Shown here: one piece after another, positions 30,006 through 41,266 of the stretch
How positions within the stretch are numbered: the first letter of the stretch is position 1
Layout: every line of letters starts with the position of its first letter
Virus record (IMG/VR): IMGVR_UViG_2537561945_000005
Location: 1-50,588 of that record
DNA: 50,588 bases
Strand: one strand, 5' to 3'
Source: a virus
Taxonomy: Duplodnaviria > Heunggongvirae > Uroviricota > Caudoviricetes
Notes under the pieces: model-generated
The model's input: the letters and a program-made list of their open reading frames with translations, nothing else
Databases searched by the model: none
What the model was told of the DNA's origin: nothing
Made by a program: the position numbers and the translations under genes

Positions 30006-31838
30006 ATGGCTGAATTTGAGCTTAAGGCGTTGATCACCGGTGTCGACAGGCTTTCTCCCGCGCTGTCGAAAATGCAAAAGAAAATCCGGGGATTTAAACG
30101 CCAGGCGGAAGAAGCGTCACAGGGTGGGCTGGCGCTTGGTGGCGGACTGGCAGCGGGTCTGACGCTTTCCCTGAAATCTTATGCTGATCAGGAAAACGCC
30201 GCCACCGGGCTGAAAGTCGCCATGATGGATGCGAACGGCGAGGTTGGAAAGAGCTTTCAGGACATCAATAAACTGGCTATTGGCCTGGGTAACCAGCTAC
30301 CCGGTACAACGGCTGATTTCCAGAACATGATGCAGATGCTGGTGCGTCAGGGGATCCCGGCAGAAAACATTCTTGGTGGTGTGGGTAAAGCGACAGCTTA
30401 TCTTGCGGTACAACTGAAAAAAACACCGGAAGCGGCTGCTGAGTTTGCCGCAAAGATGCAGGATGCTACCGGAACGGCCTCAGAAGACATGATGGGGCTG
30501 TTCGACACAATTCAGAAGGCGTTTTATCTGGGCGTGGACGATACCAACATGCTGTCATTCTTCACTAAAACCAGCTCTGTTCTGAAGATGGTGAATAAGG
30601 ACGGTCTTCAGGCTGCACAGAGTCTTGCCCCCATCAGTGTCATGATGGATCAGATGGGGATGAACGGGGAGTCGGCAGGTAATGCCCTGCGAAAAGTTAT
30701 CCAGTCCGGATTAAGCGTTAAGAAAATCAGGGACGTCAATAAAATCATGGCCCGCCAGAAACTCGGGGTACAGCTCGATTTTACTGATGGCAAAGGGAGT
30801 TTTGGCGGTCTTGATAACATGTTCAGGCAACTGGCAAAGCTGCGAAAACTGACCGACGTTAAGCGAACCGGTGTACTTAAGGCAATATTTGGTGATGATG
30901 CCGAAACCCTTCAGGTGGTCAATGCACTAATCGATAAAGGAAAGGATGGCTACGATCAGATCCAGCAGAAGATGAATAAACAGGCCAGCCTGAATAAACG
31001 TGTTCAGGCTCAGCTTGGTACGCTGTCCAACCTGTGGGAGGCAATGACGGGGACCGCAACTAACGGCCTTGCGGCTATTGGCGGCGCATTTTCTGGTGAC
31101 GCTAAGAACATCACGCAGTGGCTGGGGGAGTTGGGGGAGAAATTCACGAAGTTTGCGGATGAAAATCCCCGGGTTATTCGCGGCGTCGTCGGGCTTGCTG
31201 CCGGTCTTGCGATTCTGAAACTGGGATTGATGGGCGTGGGCAGTGCCATCAGCATTGTCAGCAGGATCATGTCGATGACGCCGATTGGCATGATTGCGAC
31301 GGCGATAGCCCTGGCTGCGGGATTAATTATCACTAACTGGGATGTTGTCGGACCTTATTTCAAGAAGCTCTGGGAAACCATTGGTCCTTATTTTGAGGCT
31401 GGCTGGGAACTCCTTAAGAAAGTTTTTGCCTGGTCGCCGCTGGGGATGGTGATCAATAACTGGGGACCGGTTGTTAAGTGGTTTCAGGATATGTGGGATA
31501 AGCTGAAGCCGATTATTGAATGGTTTACCGACAGTTCCGGTGACACGGTCGATACCATTAACTCGGCGCAGTGGGGCGCGGGTGCTTATGATGCTTATGG
31601 GACGGGAATACCGGCACGGGGATACACGCCTTATCCGGCGGTGGATCCGGCTCAGGCAAACAACGCCTCCGATGCCACAGGCTCGAATCCCTTCATGATT
31701 AATAAAGCTACCGCGCCAAAAGTTGATGGTGAGATCAAGGTATCATTTATAAATATGCCACCAGGTATGCGGGTTACGGAAACACGCTCCAGTGGCATTG
31801 ATATAAATCACGATGTTGGCTATACCCGATTTTGGTAG
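30006..31838 (+). CDS. Tail tape measure protein
   Basis: 610 aa, alpha-helical and Ala/Gly-rich with hydrophobic segments, after the chaperone frameshift pair. Confidence 0.85.
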   Translation: MAEFELKALITGVDRLSPALSKMQKKIRGFKRQAEEASQGGLALGGGLAAGLTLSLKSYADQENAATGLKVAMMDANGEVGKSFQDINKLAIGLGNQLPGTTADFQNMMQMLVRQGIPAENILGGVGKATAYLAVQLKKTPEAAAEFAAKMQDATGTASEDMMGLFDTIQKAFYLGVDDTNMLSFFTKTSSVLKMVNKDGLQAAQSLAPISVMMDQMGMNGESAGNALRKVIQSGLSVKKIRDVNKIMARQKLGVQLDFTDGKGSFGGLDNMFRQLAKLRKLTDVKRTGVLKAIFGDDAETLQVVNALIDKGKDGYDQIQQKMNKQASLNKRVQAQLGTLSNLWEAMTGTATNGLAAIGGAFSGDAKNITQWLGELGEKFTKFADENPRVIRGVVGLAAGLAILKLGLMGVGSAISIVSRIMSMTPIGMIATAIALAAGLIITNWDVVGPYFKKLWETIGPYFEAGWELLKKVFAWSPLGMVINNWGPVVKWFQDMWDKLKPIIEWFTDSSGDTVDTINSAQWGAGAYDAYGTGIPARGYTPYPAVDPAQANNASDATGSNPFMINKATAPKVDGEIKVSFINMPPGMRVTETRSSGIDINHDVGYTRFW

Positions 31839-31866
31839 CCAGGATTCCCCTCACATGTATTGCTGG

Positions 31867-31894
31867 TTGTAAGTCATAAATAGAGTGATAGAAT
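31867..31894 (+). promoter_or_regulatory. Sigma70-like promoter of the tail-module moron (TTGTAA-16-TAGAAT)
   Basis: -35 TTGTAA at 31867-31872, 16-bp spacer, -10 TAGAAT at 31889-31894, about 36 bp upstream of the moron ATG. Confidence 0.5.
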
Positions 31895-31929
31895 TAATGC
31901 ACATTTAGAAAAATGTTAATAGGCGAAAA

Positions 31930-32460
31930 ATGAAAGGCTATATCACAGCAAGTGTAATTCTTGGAGCAGCGGCTATTTTTTCATCTCTCATAATCTCTGG
32001 CAACATCTCCTTTAAAGATGAACATATTATTCAGTTATCTGGAGGAGCCATAAAACTTGGTGATGTTTATAAAGAAAATAAATTGATAAGTGCAAAGATT
32101 ATTTTTCCAGATAATCAGGGTGAACAGATTCTTGTTGTCGACGGCAATCCTGAAAACTTTAAGGAGGATTTTCAGGAGAAATTAAATAAAGTAATAAAAA
32201 CTTTAAATGCGTCAAAGAAAAAAGATGAAGAGAAAGTTAGCCTGGATAATTTAAGTGTTATTGAAGAGTCTAAACTAGAGCTCGTTTCTGCGGTGCGTTA
32301 CTCTGCTCAGTATGTTCCTATGTTTACTCTGACGCTGGACAAAAAAGAAATTACCATGCCTAAAAATACGGTAATATTTCCATTTGCCAGCGATGAAACA
32401 GCTAAGTATTTAAATGAACAACAGCAAAAGTATAAAGATTCGTTGTTTCTGACTCGCTAA
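31930..32460 (+). CDS. Moron: secreted or membrane-anchored protein of unknown function
   Basis: 176 aa with N-terminal hydrophobic segment (ITASVILGAAAIFSSLIISG), Lys/Glu-rich; AT-rich codon usage unlike flanking tail genes. Confidence 0.6.
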   Translation: MKGYITASVILGAAAIFSSLIISGNISFKDEHIIQLSGGAIKLGDVYKENKLISAKIIFPDNQGEQILVVDGNPENFKEDFQEKLNKVIKTLNASKKKDEEKVSLDNLSVIEESKLELVSAVRYSAQYVPMFTLTLDKKEITMPKNTVIFPFASDETAKYLNEQQQKYKDSLFLTR

Positions 32461-32478
32461 TTAATAAAATTCATTACA

Positions 32479-32510
32479 AGGCCACCTTCTAATAGGTGGC
32501 TTTTTTATTT
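32479..32510 (+). terminator. Rho-independent terminator of the moron
   Basis: GCCACC-TTCTAATA-GGTGGC followed by TTTTTTATTTT. Confidence 0.7.
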
Positions 32511-32521
32511 TCGGAGTGTAT

Positions 32522-33850
32522 ATGACGTGGAAAGACAGGCTTCAGGATGCGTCATTTCGAGGTGTGCCGTTTAAGGTTGAAGAAGAAAGTGCGGGAACCG
32601 GCCGTCGTGTGGAAACACACGAATATCCGAACCGCGACAAACCCTATACCGAAGATCTGGGAAAAGTCACTTTCCGCCCGTCCATCACGGCTTATGTGGT
32701 GGGAGATGACTGCTTTGACCAGCGCGATCGCCTGATTGACGCGCTGAATAAACCCGGTCCCGGCACGCTTGTCCACCCGACATACGGTGAGCTGAAAGTC
32801 TGTGTTGACGGGGAAGTTCGGGTCAGCACATCGAAGAGTGAAGGGCGTATTGTCCGCTTTGACCTGAAGTTTGTCGAAGCGGGAGATCTCTCTTACCCCA
32901 CATCAGGCGTGGCGACGGCGCAGACGCTGATGTCATCCTGTTCTGCACTGGATGACTGCATCAGTGACAGCTTCAGCGGTTTCAGTATCGATGGCGTGGC
33001 GGATTTTGTGCAGAACGACGTTATCGGTAATGCCAGCACAATGCTTGGGTATGTTTCTGATGCGATGAAAGTGGTGGATTCTGCCGTATCGGATGCCGCC
33101 AGGCTGTTGCAGGGGGATATCTCGGTACTTCTGCCGCCACCATCGTCAGGCAAAAATTTCGTTGAGCAGGTGCAGAAAATGTGGCGTACCGGGAAACGCC
33201 TTTATGGTAACGCCAGCGACCTGGTCACCATGATCAAAACGCTTTCCGGTGTCAGCCTCGGCAGCGATCTGCAACCGCGCGGCGTCTGGAAAACGGACAG
33301 TAAAACCACCGCCACGGCGACGCAGCAGCGTAACGTGGTTGCCAGCATCCTTCGTACGACCGCAATCAGCGAAGCGGCGTATGCCGTCACCCGATTGCCT
33401 GCGCCAACAACTTCCGCGGTGATGCAGAATGCCGCAGTGGGGCAGGCAACAACACCCGCGCAGAGCACTGACTGGCCTTCCGTCACGCATCCGGCACTGA
33501 ACAATGCTCCGGCGGTGAAAAGCACGGTTGACCTGCCGACGTGGGAAGAACTGACTGACATTCGCGACACACTGAATACGGCAATTGATAAGGAGTTGTC
33601 CCGTACAACCAGTGATGCGCTGTTTCTGGCGCTGCGCCGGGTGAAAGCAGATCTGAATGCGGATATCAACACGCGCCTTGAACAGTCTGCACGGATCATT
33701 CAGCGCACGCCGGATGAGGTTTTACCCGCGCTGGTGCTGGCGGCGACCTGGTTTGATAACGCGGCGCGTGATGCGGACATTATCCGGCGTAATGCCATTA
33801 CGCATCCCGGCTTTGTGCCGGTGATCCCTCTGAAGGTGCCAGTGCAATGA
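32522..33850 (+). CDS. DNA circularisation protein (Mu gpN type)
   Basis: 443 aa following the tape measure gene; GGAG RBS. Confidence 0.75.
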   Translation: MTWKDRLQDASFRGVPFKVEEESAGTGRRVETHEYPNRDKPYTEDLGKVTFRPSITAYVVGDDCFDQRDRLIDALNKPGPGTLVHPTYGELKVCVDGEVRVSTSKSEGRIVRFDLKFVEAGDLSYPTSGVATAQTLMSSCSALDDCISDSFSGFSIDGVADFVQNDVIGNASTMLGYVSDAMKVVDSAVSDAARLLQGDISVLLPPPSSGKNFVEQVQKMWRTGKRLYGNASDLVTMIKTLSGVSLGSDLQPRGVWKTDSKTTATATQQRNVVASILRTTAISEAAYAVTRLPAPTTSAVMQNAAVGQATTPAQSTDWPSVTHPALNNAPAVKSTVDLPTWEELTDIRDTLNTAIDKELSRTTSDALFLALRRVKADLNADINTRLEQSARIIQRTPDEVLPALVLAATWFDNAARDADIIRRNAITHPGFVPVIPLKVPVQ

Positions 33851-34926
33851 ACGACAATGTCACGCTACGGGTAAATGGCCGGGAGTGGAATGGCTGGACA
33901 TCGGTGCGCATCGGTGCCGGTATTGAACGGCTGGCGCGGGATTTCAGTGTGGAGATCACCCGCCAGTGGCCGGGAGATGAGGGTATTACCACGCTTCAGC
34001 CGCGCATTAAAAACGGTTCAAAAGTGGAGGTGCTGATTGGTGATGAGCTGGTGATCACCGGCTGGGTGGAGGCGACGCCCGTTCGTTACGATGCCCGTTC
34101 GGTCAGCACCGGTATTGCCGGACGCAGTCTGACCGCTGACCTGATTGACTGTGCAGCCGAACCGACACAGTTTAACGGACGATCGCTGGTACAGATTGCG
34201 CAGGCGCTTGCTGCGCCTTTCGGCATTGAGGTGGTGAACAACGGTGCGCCGTCGGGTATTATTCCTGATGTCCAGCCTGATTACGGTGAAACGGTGATTG
34301 AGGTAATCAACAAAATACTCGGTCAGCAGCAGGCACTGGCTTACGACGACCCGCACGGCAGGCTGGTGATTGGCGGTATTGGCTCAACGCGGGCACATAC
34401 TGCGCTGGTACTCGGGGAAAACATCCTTTCCTGCGATACGGAGAAGAGTATCCGGGAGCGGTTTTCTGTTTACCAGGTGGCGGGGCAGCGTGCCGGAAAC
34501 GACGATGATTTCGGTGAGGCCACCACCACCGCGCTGCGGGCCCGCACAGAGGACGCATTTATTGCCCGTTACCGTCCGATGTATATCAGGCAGACAGGGC
34601 AGGCTACGGGGGCAGGCTGTATTGCCCGTGCGGACTTTGAAGCCCGACAACGGGCGGCGCGGACGGATGAAACCACCTATGTGGTGCAGGGCTGGCGACA
34701 GGGTAATGGTACGCTGTGGCAGCCCAACCAGCGGGTGATTGTCTTTGATCCGGTCTGTGGTTTCGACAATACCGAACTGCTTGTTTCGGAAGTCACGTTT
34801 ACTCAGGACCAGAACGGCACTCTGACGGAAATCCGTGTCGGCCCACCTGATGCTTATCTGCCTGAACCCGAAGCCCCCGGCGCGCGGAAAAAGAAAAAAG
34901 CCAGAGTACAGGAGGACCCGTTCTGA
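33847..34926 (+). CDS. Baseplate hub protein (Mu gpP / gp44 type)
   Basis: 359 aa in the Mu baseplate gene order. Confidence 0.78.
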   Translation: MNDNVTLRVNGREWNGWTSVRIGAGIERLARDFSVEITRQWPGDEGITTLQPRIKNGSKVEVLIGDELVITGWVEATPVRYDARSVSTGIAGRSLTADLIDCAAEPTQFNGRSLVQIAQALAAPFGIEVVNNGAPSGIIPDVQPDYGETVIEVINKILGQQQALAYDDPHGRLVIGGIGSTRAHTALVLGENILSCDTEKSIRERFSVYQVAGQRAGNDDDFGEATTTALRARTEDAFIARYRPMYIRQTGQATGAGCIARADFEARQRAARTDETTYVVQGWRQGNGTLWQPNQRVIVFDPVCGFDNTELLVSEVTFTQDQNGTLTEIRVGPPDAYLPEPEAPGARKKKKARVQEDPF

Positions 34927-35474
34927 TGAGGACGATTGAAGCCATGCAGCGACAACTCCTCGGCCTGATTGGGCGGGCCGTGGTGAAAAGCATCAGTGCC
35001 GCCACGAAATGTCAGACCGTGGATGTGTCCCTGATTGCCGGTGAACCCAAAGCCGGGGTTGAACATCTTGAACCTTACGGTTTTACCGCAAGGGCAAACA
35101 GCGGTGCGGAAGCGGTGGTGTTGTTTCCGGATGGTGACCGTTCTCATGCGGTGGTTGTTACGGTGTCGGATCGGCGTTACCGCCTGAAAGGGCTGCAGAC
35201 GGGTGAGGTGGCTGTCTATGACGATCAGGGGCAGTCCGTGACGCTGACCCGGGAGGGGATCGTGGTGGACGGTGCAGGTAAAACGATCACGTTTCGCAAT
35301 TCACCTAAAGCACGTTTTGAAATGGACCTGGAAGTGACAGGACAGGTGAAAGACCTGTGCGACTCCAGCGGCACCACCATGTCAGCGATGCGGCTTGCCT
35401 ATAACGGGCATCGTCACAGAGAGAACGGTCAGGGCAGTAACACCGACAAACCTGATAAAGCGATGGAGGCATGA
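34926..35474 (+). CDS. Baseplate spike / assembly protein (gpV-like, Mu gp45)
   Basis: 182 aa in the baseplate block. Confidence 0.72.
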   Translation: MRTIEAMQRQLLGLIGRAVVKSISAATKCQTVDVSLIAGEPKAGVEHLEPYGFTARANSGAEAVVLFPDGDRSHAVVVTVSDRRYRLKGLQTGEVAVYDDQGQSVTLTREGIVVDGAGKTITFRNSPKARFEMDLEVTGQVKDLCDSSGTTMSAMRLAYNGHRHRENGQGSNTDKPDKAMEA

Positions 35475-35899
35475 TGGAACTGTGGCTGACGGTGAACGGT
35501 AAACGCACCTGCGCCAGCGCACCGCTGGATCCGCTGACCCGCGCCGTGGTGATTTCCCTGTTCACCTGGCGGCGGGCGGAGCCTGATGACAACGCCGACG
35601 TCCCGATGGGATGGTGGGGGGATACCTGGCCTGCGGTACAGAATGACCGTTACGGCTCCCGACTGTGGCTGCTTCAGCGCAGCAAACTGACCAATCAGCT
35701 GGTGCAGACGGTAAGGGGGTATATCCGCGAATGCCTGCAATGGATGATTGATGACGGCGTGGTGTCCCGTATTGATCTGGATATCCGCCGCACCGGGATT
35801 AATGAGCTGGGTAACAGTATCACTCTCTGGCGTCGTGACGGACCGGTAATGATTTCTTTTGATGATCTGTGGAGTGCGATAACGCATGGCGGACAGTGA
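35471..35899 (+). CDS. Baseplate protein (Mu gp46 / gp25-like)
   Basis: 142 aa, translationally coupled within the baseplate block. Confidence 0.68.
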   Translation: MMELWLTVNGKRTCASAPLDPLTRAVVISLFTWRRAEPDDNADVPMGWWGDTWPAVQNDRYGSRLWLLQRSKLTNQLVQTVRGYIRECLQWMIDDGVVSRIDLDIRRTGINELGNSITLWRRDGPVMISFDDLWSAITHGGQ

Positions 35900-36944
35900 A
35901 TTTCAGCGCCCGACGCTGGCAGAAAATATCAGTATGCTCCGTAACGATTTATTCGCCAGGCTGGACGTCAGCGACACGCTCCGGCGCATGGATGAAGACG
36001 TGCGGGCAAAGGTGTATGCGGCGGCGCTGCATACGGTTTACGGGTACATCGATTATCTGGCAATGAATATGCTGCCTGACCTGTGCGATGAGTCCTGGCT
36101 GGCGCGACATGCTGCGATGAAACGGTGTCCGCGCAAGGGGGCCACGGCTGCCAGCGGGTATATGCGCTGGGAAGGTGTCAGCGATGGCCTGAAGGTGACT
36201 GCCGGGAGCGTGATTCAGCGCGATGACCTGGTTCAGTACACGGCAACTGCCGATGCAATCAGCTCCGGTGGTGTCCTGCGTGTGCCGATCACTTGCTCAA
36301 CTACAGGCGCGGTCGGTAACGCTGACGACGGTACGGCATTAATCCTGGTCACGCCGGTGAATGGTCTGCCGTCTTCCGGTGTTGCAGATACCCTGACTGG
36401 CGGATTCGATACTGAAGATCTGGAAACGTGGCGCGCCCGCGTCATTGAGCGGTATTACTGGACGCCGCAGGGCGGGGCTGACGGGGACTATGTCGTCTGG
36501 GCTAAAGAAGTGCCCGGCATTACCCGCGCATGGACATACCGTCACTGGATGGGAACGGGAACTGTCGGTGTGATGATTGCCAGCAGTGACCTGATTAATC
36601 CCATTCCGGAAGAATCAACGGAAACGGCGGCAAGACAACATATCGGGCCACTGGCCCCGGTGGCAGGCTCTGATTTGTATGTGTTCAGGCCGGTGGCACA
36701 TACGGTGGATTTTCATATCCGCGTGACGCCGGACACACCGGAAATACGGGCTGCCATCACCGCCGAGTTGCGTTCGTTCCTGCTGCGTGATGGTTATCCG
36801 CAGGGAGAACTGAAGGTGTCACGTATCAGTGAGGCGATTTCCGGTGCGAACGGGGAATACAGCCATCAGTTGCTTGCACCGGCGGACAATATCTCCATTG
36901 CAAAAAATGAACTGGCGGTTCTGGGGGCGATTTCATGGACGTGA
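35886..36944 (+). CDS. Baseplate J-like protein (Mu gp47)
   Basis: 352 aa in the expected order. Confidence 0.78.
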   Translation: MADSEFQRPTLAENISMLRNDLFARLDVSDTLRRMDEDVRAKVYAAALHTVYGYIDYLAMNMLPDLCDESWLARHAAMKRCPRKGATAASGYMRWEGVSDGLKVTAGSVIQRDDLVQYTATADAISSGGVLRVPITCSTTGAVGNADDGTALILVTPVNGLPSSGVADTLTGGFDTEDLETWRARVIERYYWTPQGGADGDYVVWAKEVPGITRAWTYRHWMGTGTVGVMIASSDLINPIPEESTETAARQHIGPLAPVAGSDLYVFRPVAHTVDFHIRVTPDTPEIRAAITAELRSFLLRDGYPQGELKVSRISEAISGANGEYSHQLLAPADNISIAKNELAVLGAISWT

Positions 36945-37519
36945 CAAACGATGATTACATCCGTCTGTTGTCGGCACTGCTGCCGCCCGGTCCGGCGTGG
37001 TCAGCCAGCGATCCGGCGATTGCTGGTGCGGCACCGTCATTAACCCGTGTTCATCAGCGTGCGGATGCCCTGATGCGGGAGCTGGATCCGCGCACCACCA
37101 CTGAACTGATAAACCGTTGGGAGCGTCTGTGCGGTCTGCCGGATGAATGTATTCCCGCAGGGACACAGACCCTTCGCCAGCGTCAGCAACGGCTGGATGC
37201 GAAGGTTAATCTGGCGGGCGGCATCAATGAGGATTTTTACCTTGCACAGCTTGCTGCCCTGGGCAGACCAGACGCCACTATCACGCAATACGATAAAAGC
37301 ACGTTCACCTGCTCATCGGCCTGTACTGACGCGGTGAATGTGCCGGAATGGCGGTATTACTGGCAGGTCAACATGCCAGCCGCCACCAACACCACCTGGA
37401 TGACATGTGGCGACCCCTGTGATTCCGCACTGCGTATCTGGGGGGACACCGTTGTCGAATGTGTGCTTAACAAACTCTGCCCGTCGCATACCTACGTAAT
37501 TTTTAAATATCCGGAGTAA
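36935..37519 (+). CDS. Baseplate/tail protein (Mu gp48-like)
   Basis: 194 aa immediately upstream of the tail fibre gene. Confidence 0.62.
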   Translation: MDVTNDDYIRLLSALLPPGPAWSASDPAIAGAAPSLTRVHQRADALMRELDPRTTTELINRWERLCGLPDECIPAGTQTLRQRQQRLDAKVNLAGGINEDFYLAQLAALGRPDATITQYDKSTFTCSSACTDAVNVPEWRYYWQVNMPAATNTTWMTCGDPCDSALRIWGDTVVECVLNKLCPSHTYVIFKYPE

Positions 37520-37522
37520 TCC

Positions 37523-38437
37523 ATGCATCGTATAGACACAAAAACCGCGCAGAAGGATAAGTTCGGCGCGGGTAAGAACGGTTTTACCCGTGGTAACCCC
37601 CAGACCGGCACGCCAGCCACCGATCTGGATGATGACTACTTTGACATGTTGCAGGAAGAACTCTGCAGCGTGGTGGAGGCATCCGGTGCCAGTCTGGAGA
37701 AGGCGCGGCACGACCAGCTGCTTACCGCGCTTCGTGCGCTGCTGTTAAGCCGCAAGAATCCGTTTGGCGATATCAAATCGGATGGCACTGTGCAAACGGC
37801 TCTCGAAAACCTTGGTTTGGTGGATGATTCCGGTGTAGTAGGCCGCTTGCTTAATACTCAAGTGATTACCTCATCTGGTACTTACACCCCAACACCGGGT
37901 ACCCGGAAAATTAAGGTAATTCTTACCGGGGGAGGTGGCGGTGGTAGTTCTGTCATCGCCACATCATTTTCTCAGACGGCGTTTGGAGGTGGAGGTGGCT
38001 CTGCCGCAACCTGCATCGGTATTTTTGACCTTGAAGATATCAGTGATTTTTCTGTCGTTATCGGAGCAGGTGGAACAGCTGATAATCCAGGTGGGACATC
38101 AACATTTAATGGAATGTCAGCCGGTCGCGGTGGTAGTGGATCCGGCGTAAACACTCCGTCAATTGGTTCTGGTGGTGCAGATGGAACAGCTACTGGCGGG
38201 CTAATCAATATCCATGGTGGCTATGGTAGTGACGGTCAGCAGGGAAGTTATTACTCATTTGGTAATGGTGCGGCTTCGTTCTGGGGGGGAGGTGGTCGTG
38301 CTGGTTCTGCTAATGGTGTTGCAGCCAAAGCATATGGTGCTGGCGGAGGTGCTGCTTATGACACCGCTTTTTCAGGAGTGCTAAAAGCCGGTGGAACAGG
38401 AGCGCCTGGGATCTGCGTGATTGAGGAGTTTGCATAA
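37523..38437 (+). CDS. Tail fibre protein with Gly-rich C-terminal domain
   Basis: 304 aa; N-terminus [47 protein letters not shown] typical of fibre N-termini; Gly-rich distal half. Confidence 0.8.
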   Translation: MHRIDTKTAQKDKFGAGKNGFTRGNPQTGTPATDLDDDYFDMLQEELCSVVEASGASLEKARHDQLLTALRALLLSRKNPFGDIKSDGTVQTALENLGLVDDSGVVGRLLNTQVITSSGTYTPTPGTRKIKVILTGGGGGGSSVIATSFSQTAFGGGGGSAATCIGIFDLEDISDFSVVIGAGGTADNPGGTSTFNGMSAGRGGSGSGVNTPSIGSGGADGTATGGLINIHGGYGSDGQQGSYYSFGNGAASFWGGGGRAGSANGVAAKAYGAGGGAAYDTAFSGVLKAGGTGAPGICVIEEFA

Positions 38438-38850
38438 TGAATTACGCATTAATTAAAAATAATGTCGTCGTAAATACGGTTGTCTGTAATTCAGATAACG
38501 ATGCAAAAAAATTATTTCCGGATTACACCGTCATTAATATTACTGGCATTGCCGCAGGAATAAACTGGACATATGACGGTACTAATTTCACGGCGCCAGT
38601 TATTGAAAAATCAGTTGCCGAATTAGCCGCGGAAAATATGGCAATATCAAACTCTGAGTATGCTCGCGCAACAACTCAAATCGATTTGTTGAACGATCAG
38701 ATCCAGGATGCTGACTACACTGACACAACTGAGAACGCAGTGAAGTCGGCACTTACAGAGTGGACTGAGTACCGTAAATCATTACGTGCATATATCAGGG
38801 CTGGTGACTGGACACAGTCACTGCCTATTCAGCCAGATTCGGTCAGTTAA
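38437..38850 (+). CDS. Tail fibre assembly chaperone
   Basis: 137 aa directly after the fibre gene with ATAATG coupling. Confidence 0.72.
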   Translation: MNYALIKNNVVVNTVVCNSDNDAKKLFPDYTVINITGIAAGINWTYDGTNFTAPVIEKSVAELAAENMAISNSEYARATTQIDLLNDQIQDADYTDTTENAVKSALTEWTEYRKSLRAYIRAGDWTQSLPIQPDSVS

Positions 38851-38926
38851 CGTTTAGCAAGATGTCGGAAGCCGTAGCACGTCGTATGCAAGATCGTGCT
38901 GCGGTTTATGCTTATCACTTAAAGAC

Positions 38927-39796
<870 letters not shown>

Positions 39797-39927
39797 CTAA
39801 GCCTTTGAATTTACAAGTACAAAAAAGATACTTTTCCTCATAATGTGAATTAATTTTATGTTTCGTTTGATGATTGGACCGGTCTCGAAAACCGGAGTAG
39901 GGGCAACTCTACCGGGGGGGCAAATCC

Positions 39928-41266
39928 CATAAGCGCTAACTTAAGGGTTGTGGTATTACGCCTGATATGATTTAACGTGCCGATGAATTACTCTCACGAT
40001 AACTGGTCAGCAATTCTGGCCCATATTGGTAAGCCCGAAGAACTGGATACTTCGGCACGTAATGCCGGGGCTCTAACCCGCCGCCGCGAAATTCGTGATG
40101 CTGCAACTCTGCTACGTCTGGGGCTGGCTTACGGCCCCGGGGGGATGTCATTACGTGAAGTCACTGCATGGGCTCAGCTCCATGACGTTGCAACATTATC
40201 TGACGTGGCTCTCCTGAAGCGGCTGCGGAATGCCGCCGACTGGTTTGGCATACTTGCCGCACAAACACTTGCTGTACGCGCCGCAGTTACGGGTTGTACA
40301 AGCGGAAAGAGATTGCGTCTTGTCGATGGAACAGCAATCAGTGCGCCCGGGGGCGGCAGCGCTGAATGGCGACTACATATGGGATATGATCCTCATACCT
40401 GTCAGTTCACTGATTTTGAGCTAACCGACAGCAGAGACGCTGAACGGCTGGACCGATTTGCGCAAACGGCAGACGAGATACGCATTGCTGACCGGGGATT
40501 CGGTTCGCGTCCCGAATGTATCCGCTCACTTGCTTTTGGAGAAGCTGATTATATCGTCCGGGTTCACTGGCGAGGATTGCGCTGGTTAACTGCAGAAGGA
40601 ATGCGCTTTGACATGATGGGTTTTCTGCGCGGGCTGGATTGCGGTAAGAACGGTGAAACCACTGTAATGATAGGCAATTCAGGTAATAAAAAAGCCGGAG
40701 CTCCCTTTCCGGCACGTCTCATTGCCGTATCACTTCCTCCCGAAAAAGCATTAATCAGTAAAACCCGACTGCTCAGCGAGAATCGTCGAAAAGGACGAGT
40801 AGTTCAGGCGGAAACGCTGGAAGCAGCGGGCCATGTGCTATTGCTAACATCATTACCGGAAGATGAATATTCAGCAGAGCAAGTGGCTGATTGTTACCGT
40901 CTGCGATGGCAAATTGAACTGGCTTTTAAGCGGCTCAAAAGTTTGCTGCACCTGGATGCTTTGCGTGCAAAGGAACCTGAACTCGCGAAAGCGTGGATAT
41001 TTGCTAATCTACTCGCCGCATTTTTAATTGACGACATAATCCAGCCATCGCTGGATTTCCCCCCCAGAAGTGCCGGATCCGAAAAGAAGAACTAACTCGT
41101 TGTGGAGAATAACAAAAATGGTCATCTGGAGCTTACAGGTGGCCATTCGTGGGACAGTATCCCTGACAGCCTACAAAACGCAATTGAAGAACGCGAGGCA
41201 TCGTCTTAACGAGGCACCGAGGCGTCGCATTCTTCAGATGGTTCAACCCTTAAGTTAGCGCTTATG
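39928..41266 (+). mobile_element. IS186 (IS4 family), complete, with 10-bp target-site duplication
   Basis: 1339-bp element with terminal inverted repeats CATAAGCGCTAACTTAAGGGTTG and direct repeats GGGCAAATCC at 39918-39927 and 41267-41276; target has the GGGG-N6-CCCC pattern. Confidence 0.9.
39983..41095 (+). CDS. insL: IS186 transposase InsL
   Basis: 370 aa from MNYSHDNWSAILAHIGK..., matching E. coli IS186 InsL. Confidence 0.9.
   Translation: MNYSHDNWSAILAHIGKPEELDTSARNAGALTRRREIRDAATLLRLGLAYGPGGMSLREVTAWAQLHDVATLSDVALLKRLRNAADWFGILAAQTLAVRAAVTGCTSGKRLRLVDGTAISAPGGGSAEWRLHMGYDPHTCQFTDFELTDSRDAERLDRFAQTADEIRIADRGFGSRPECIRSLAFGEADYIVRVHWRGLRWLTAEGMRFDMMGFLRGLDCGKNGETTVMIGNSGNKKAGAPFPARLIAVSLPPEKALISKTRLLSENRRKGRVVQAETLEAAGHVLLLTSLPEDEYSAEQVADCYRLRWQIELAFKRLKSLLHLDALRAKEPELAKAWIFANLLAAFLIDDIIQPSLDFPPRSAGSEKKN

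Noticed and set aside
37900-38420. Gly-rich, repetitive segment in the tail fibre gene
   Set aside because: Consistent with the Gly-rich distal domain of phage tail fibres; reading frame is intact and codon periodicity is maintained.
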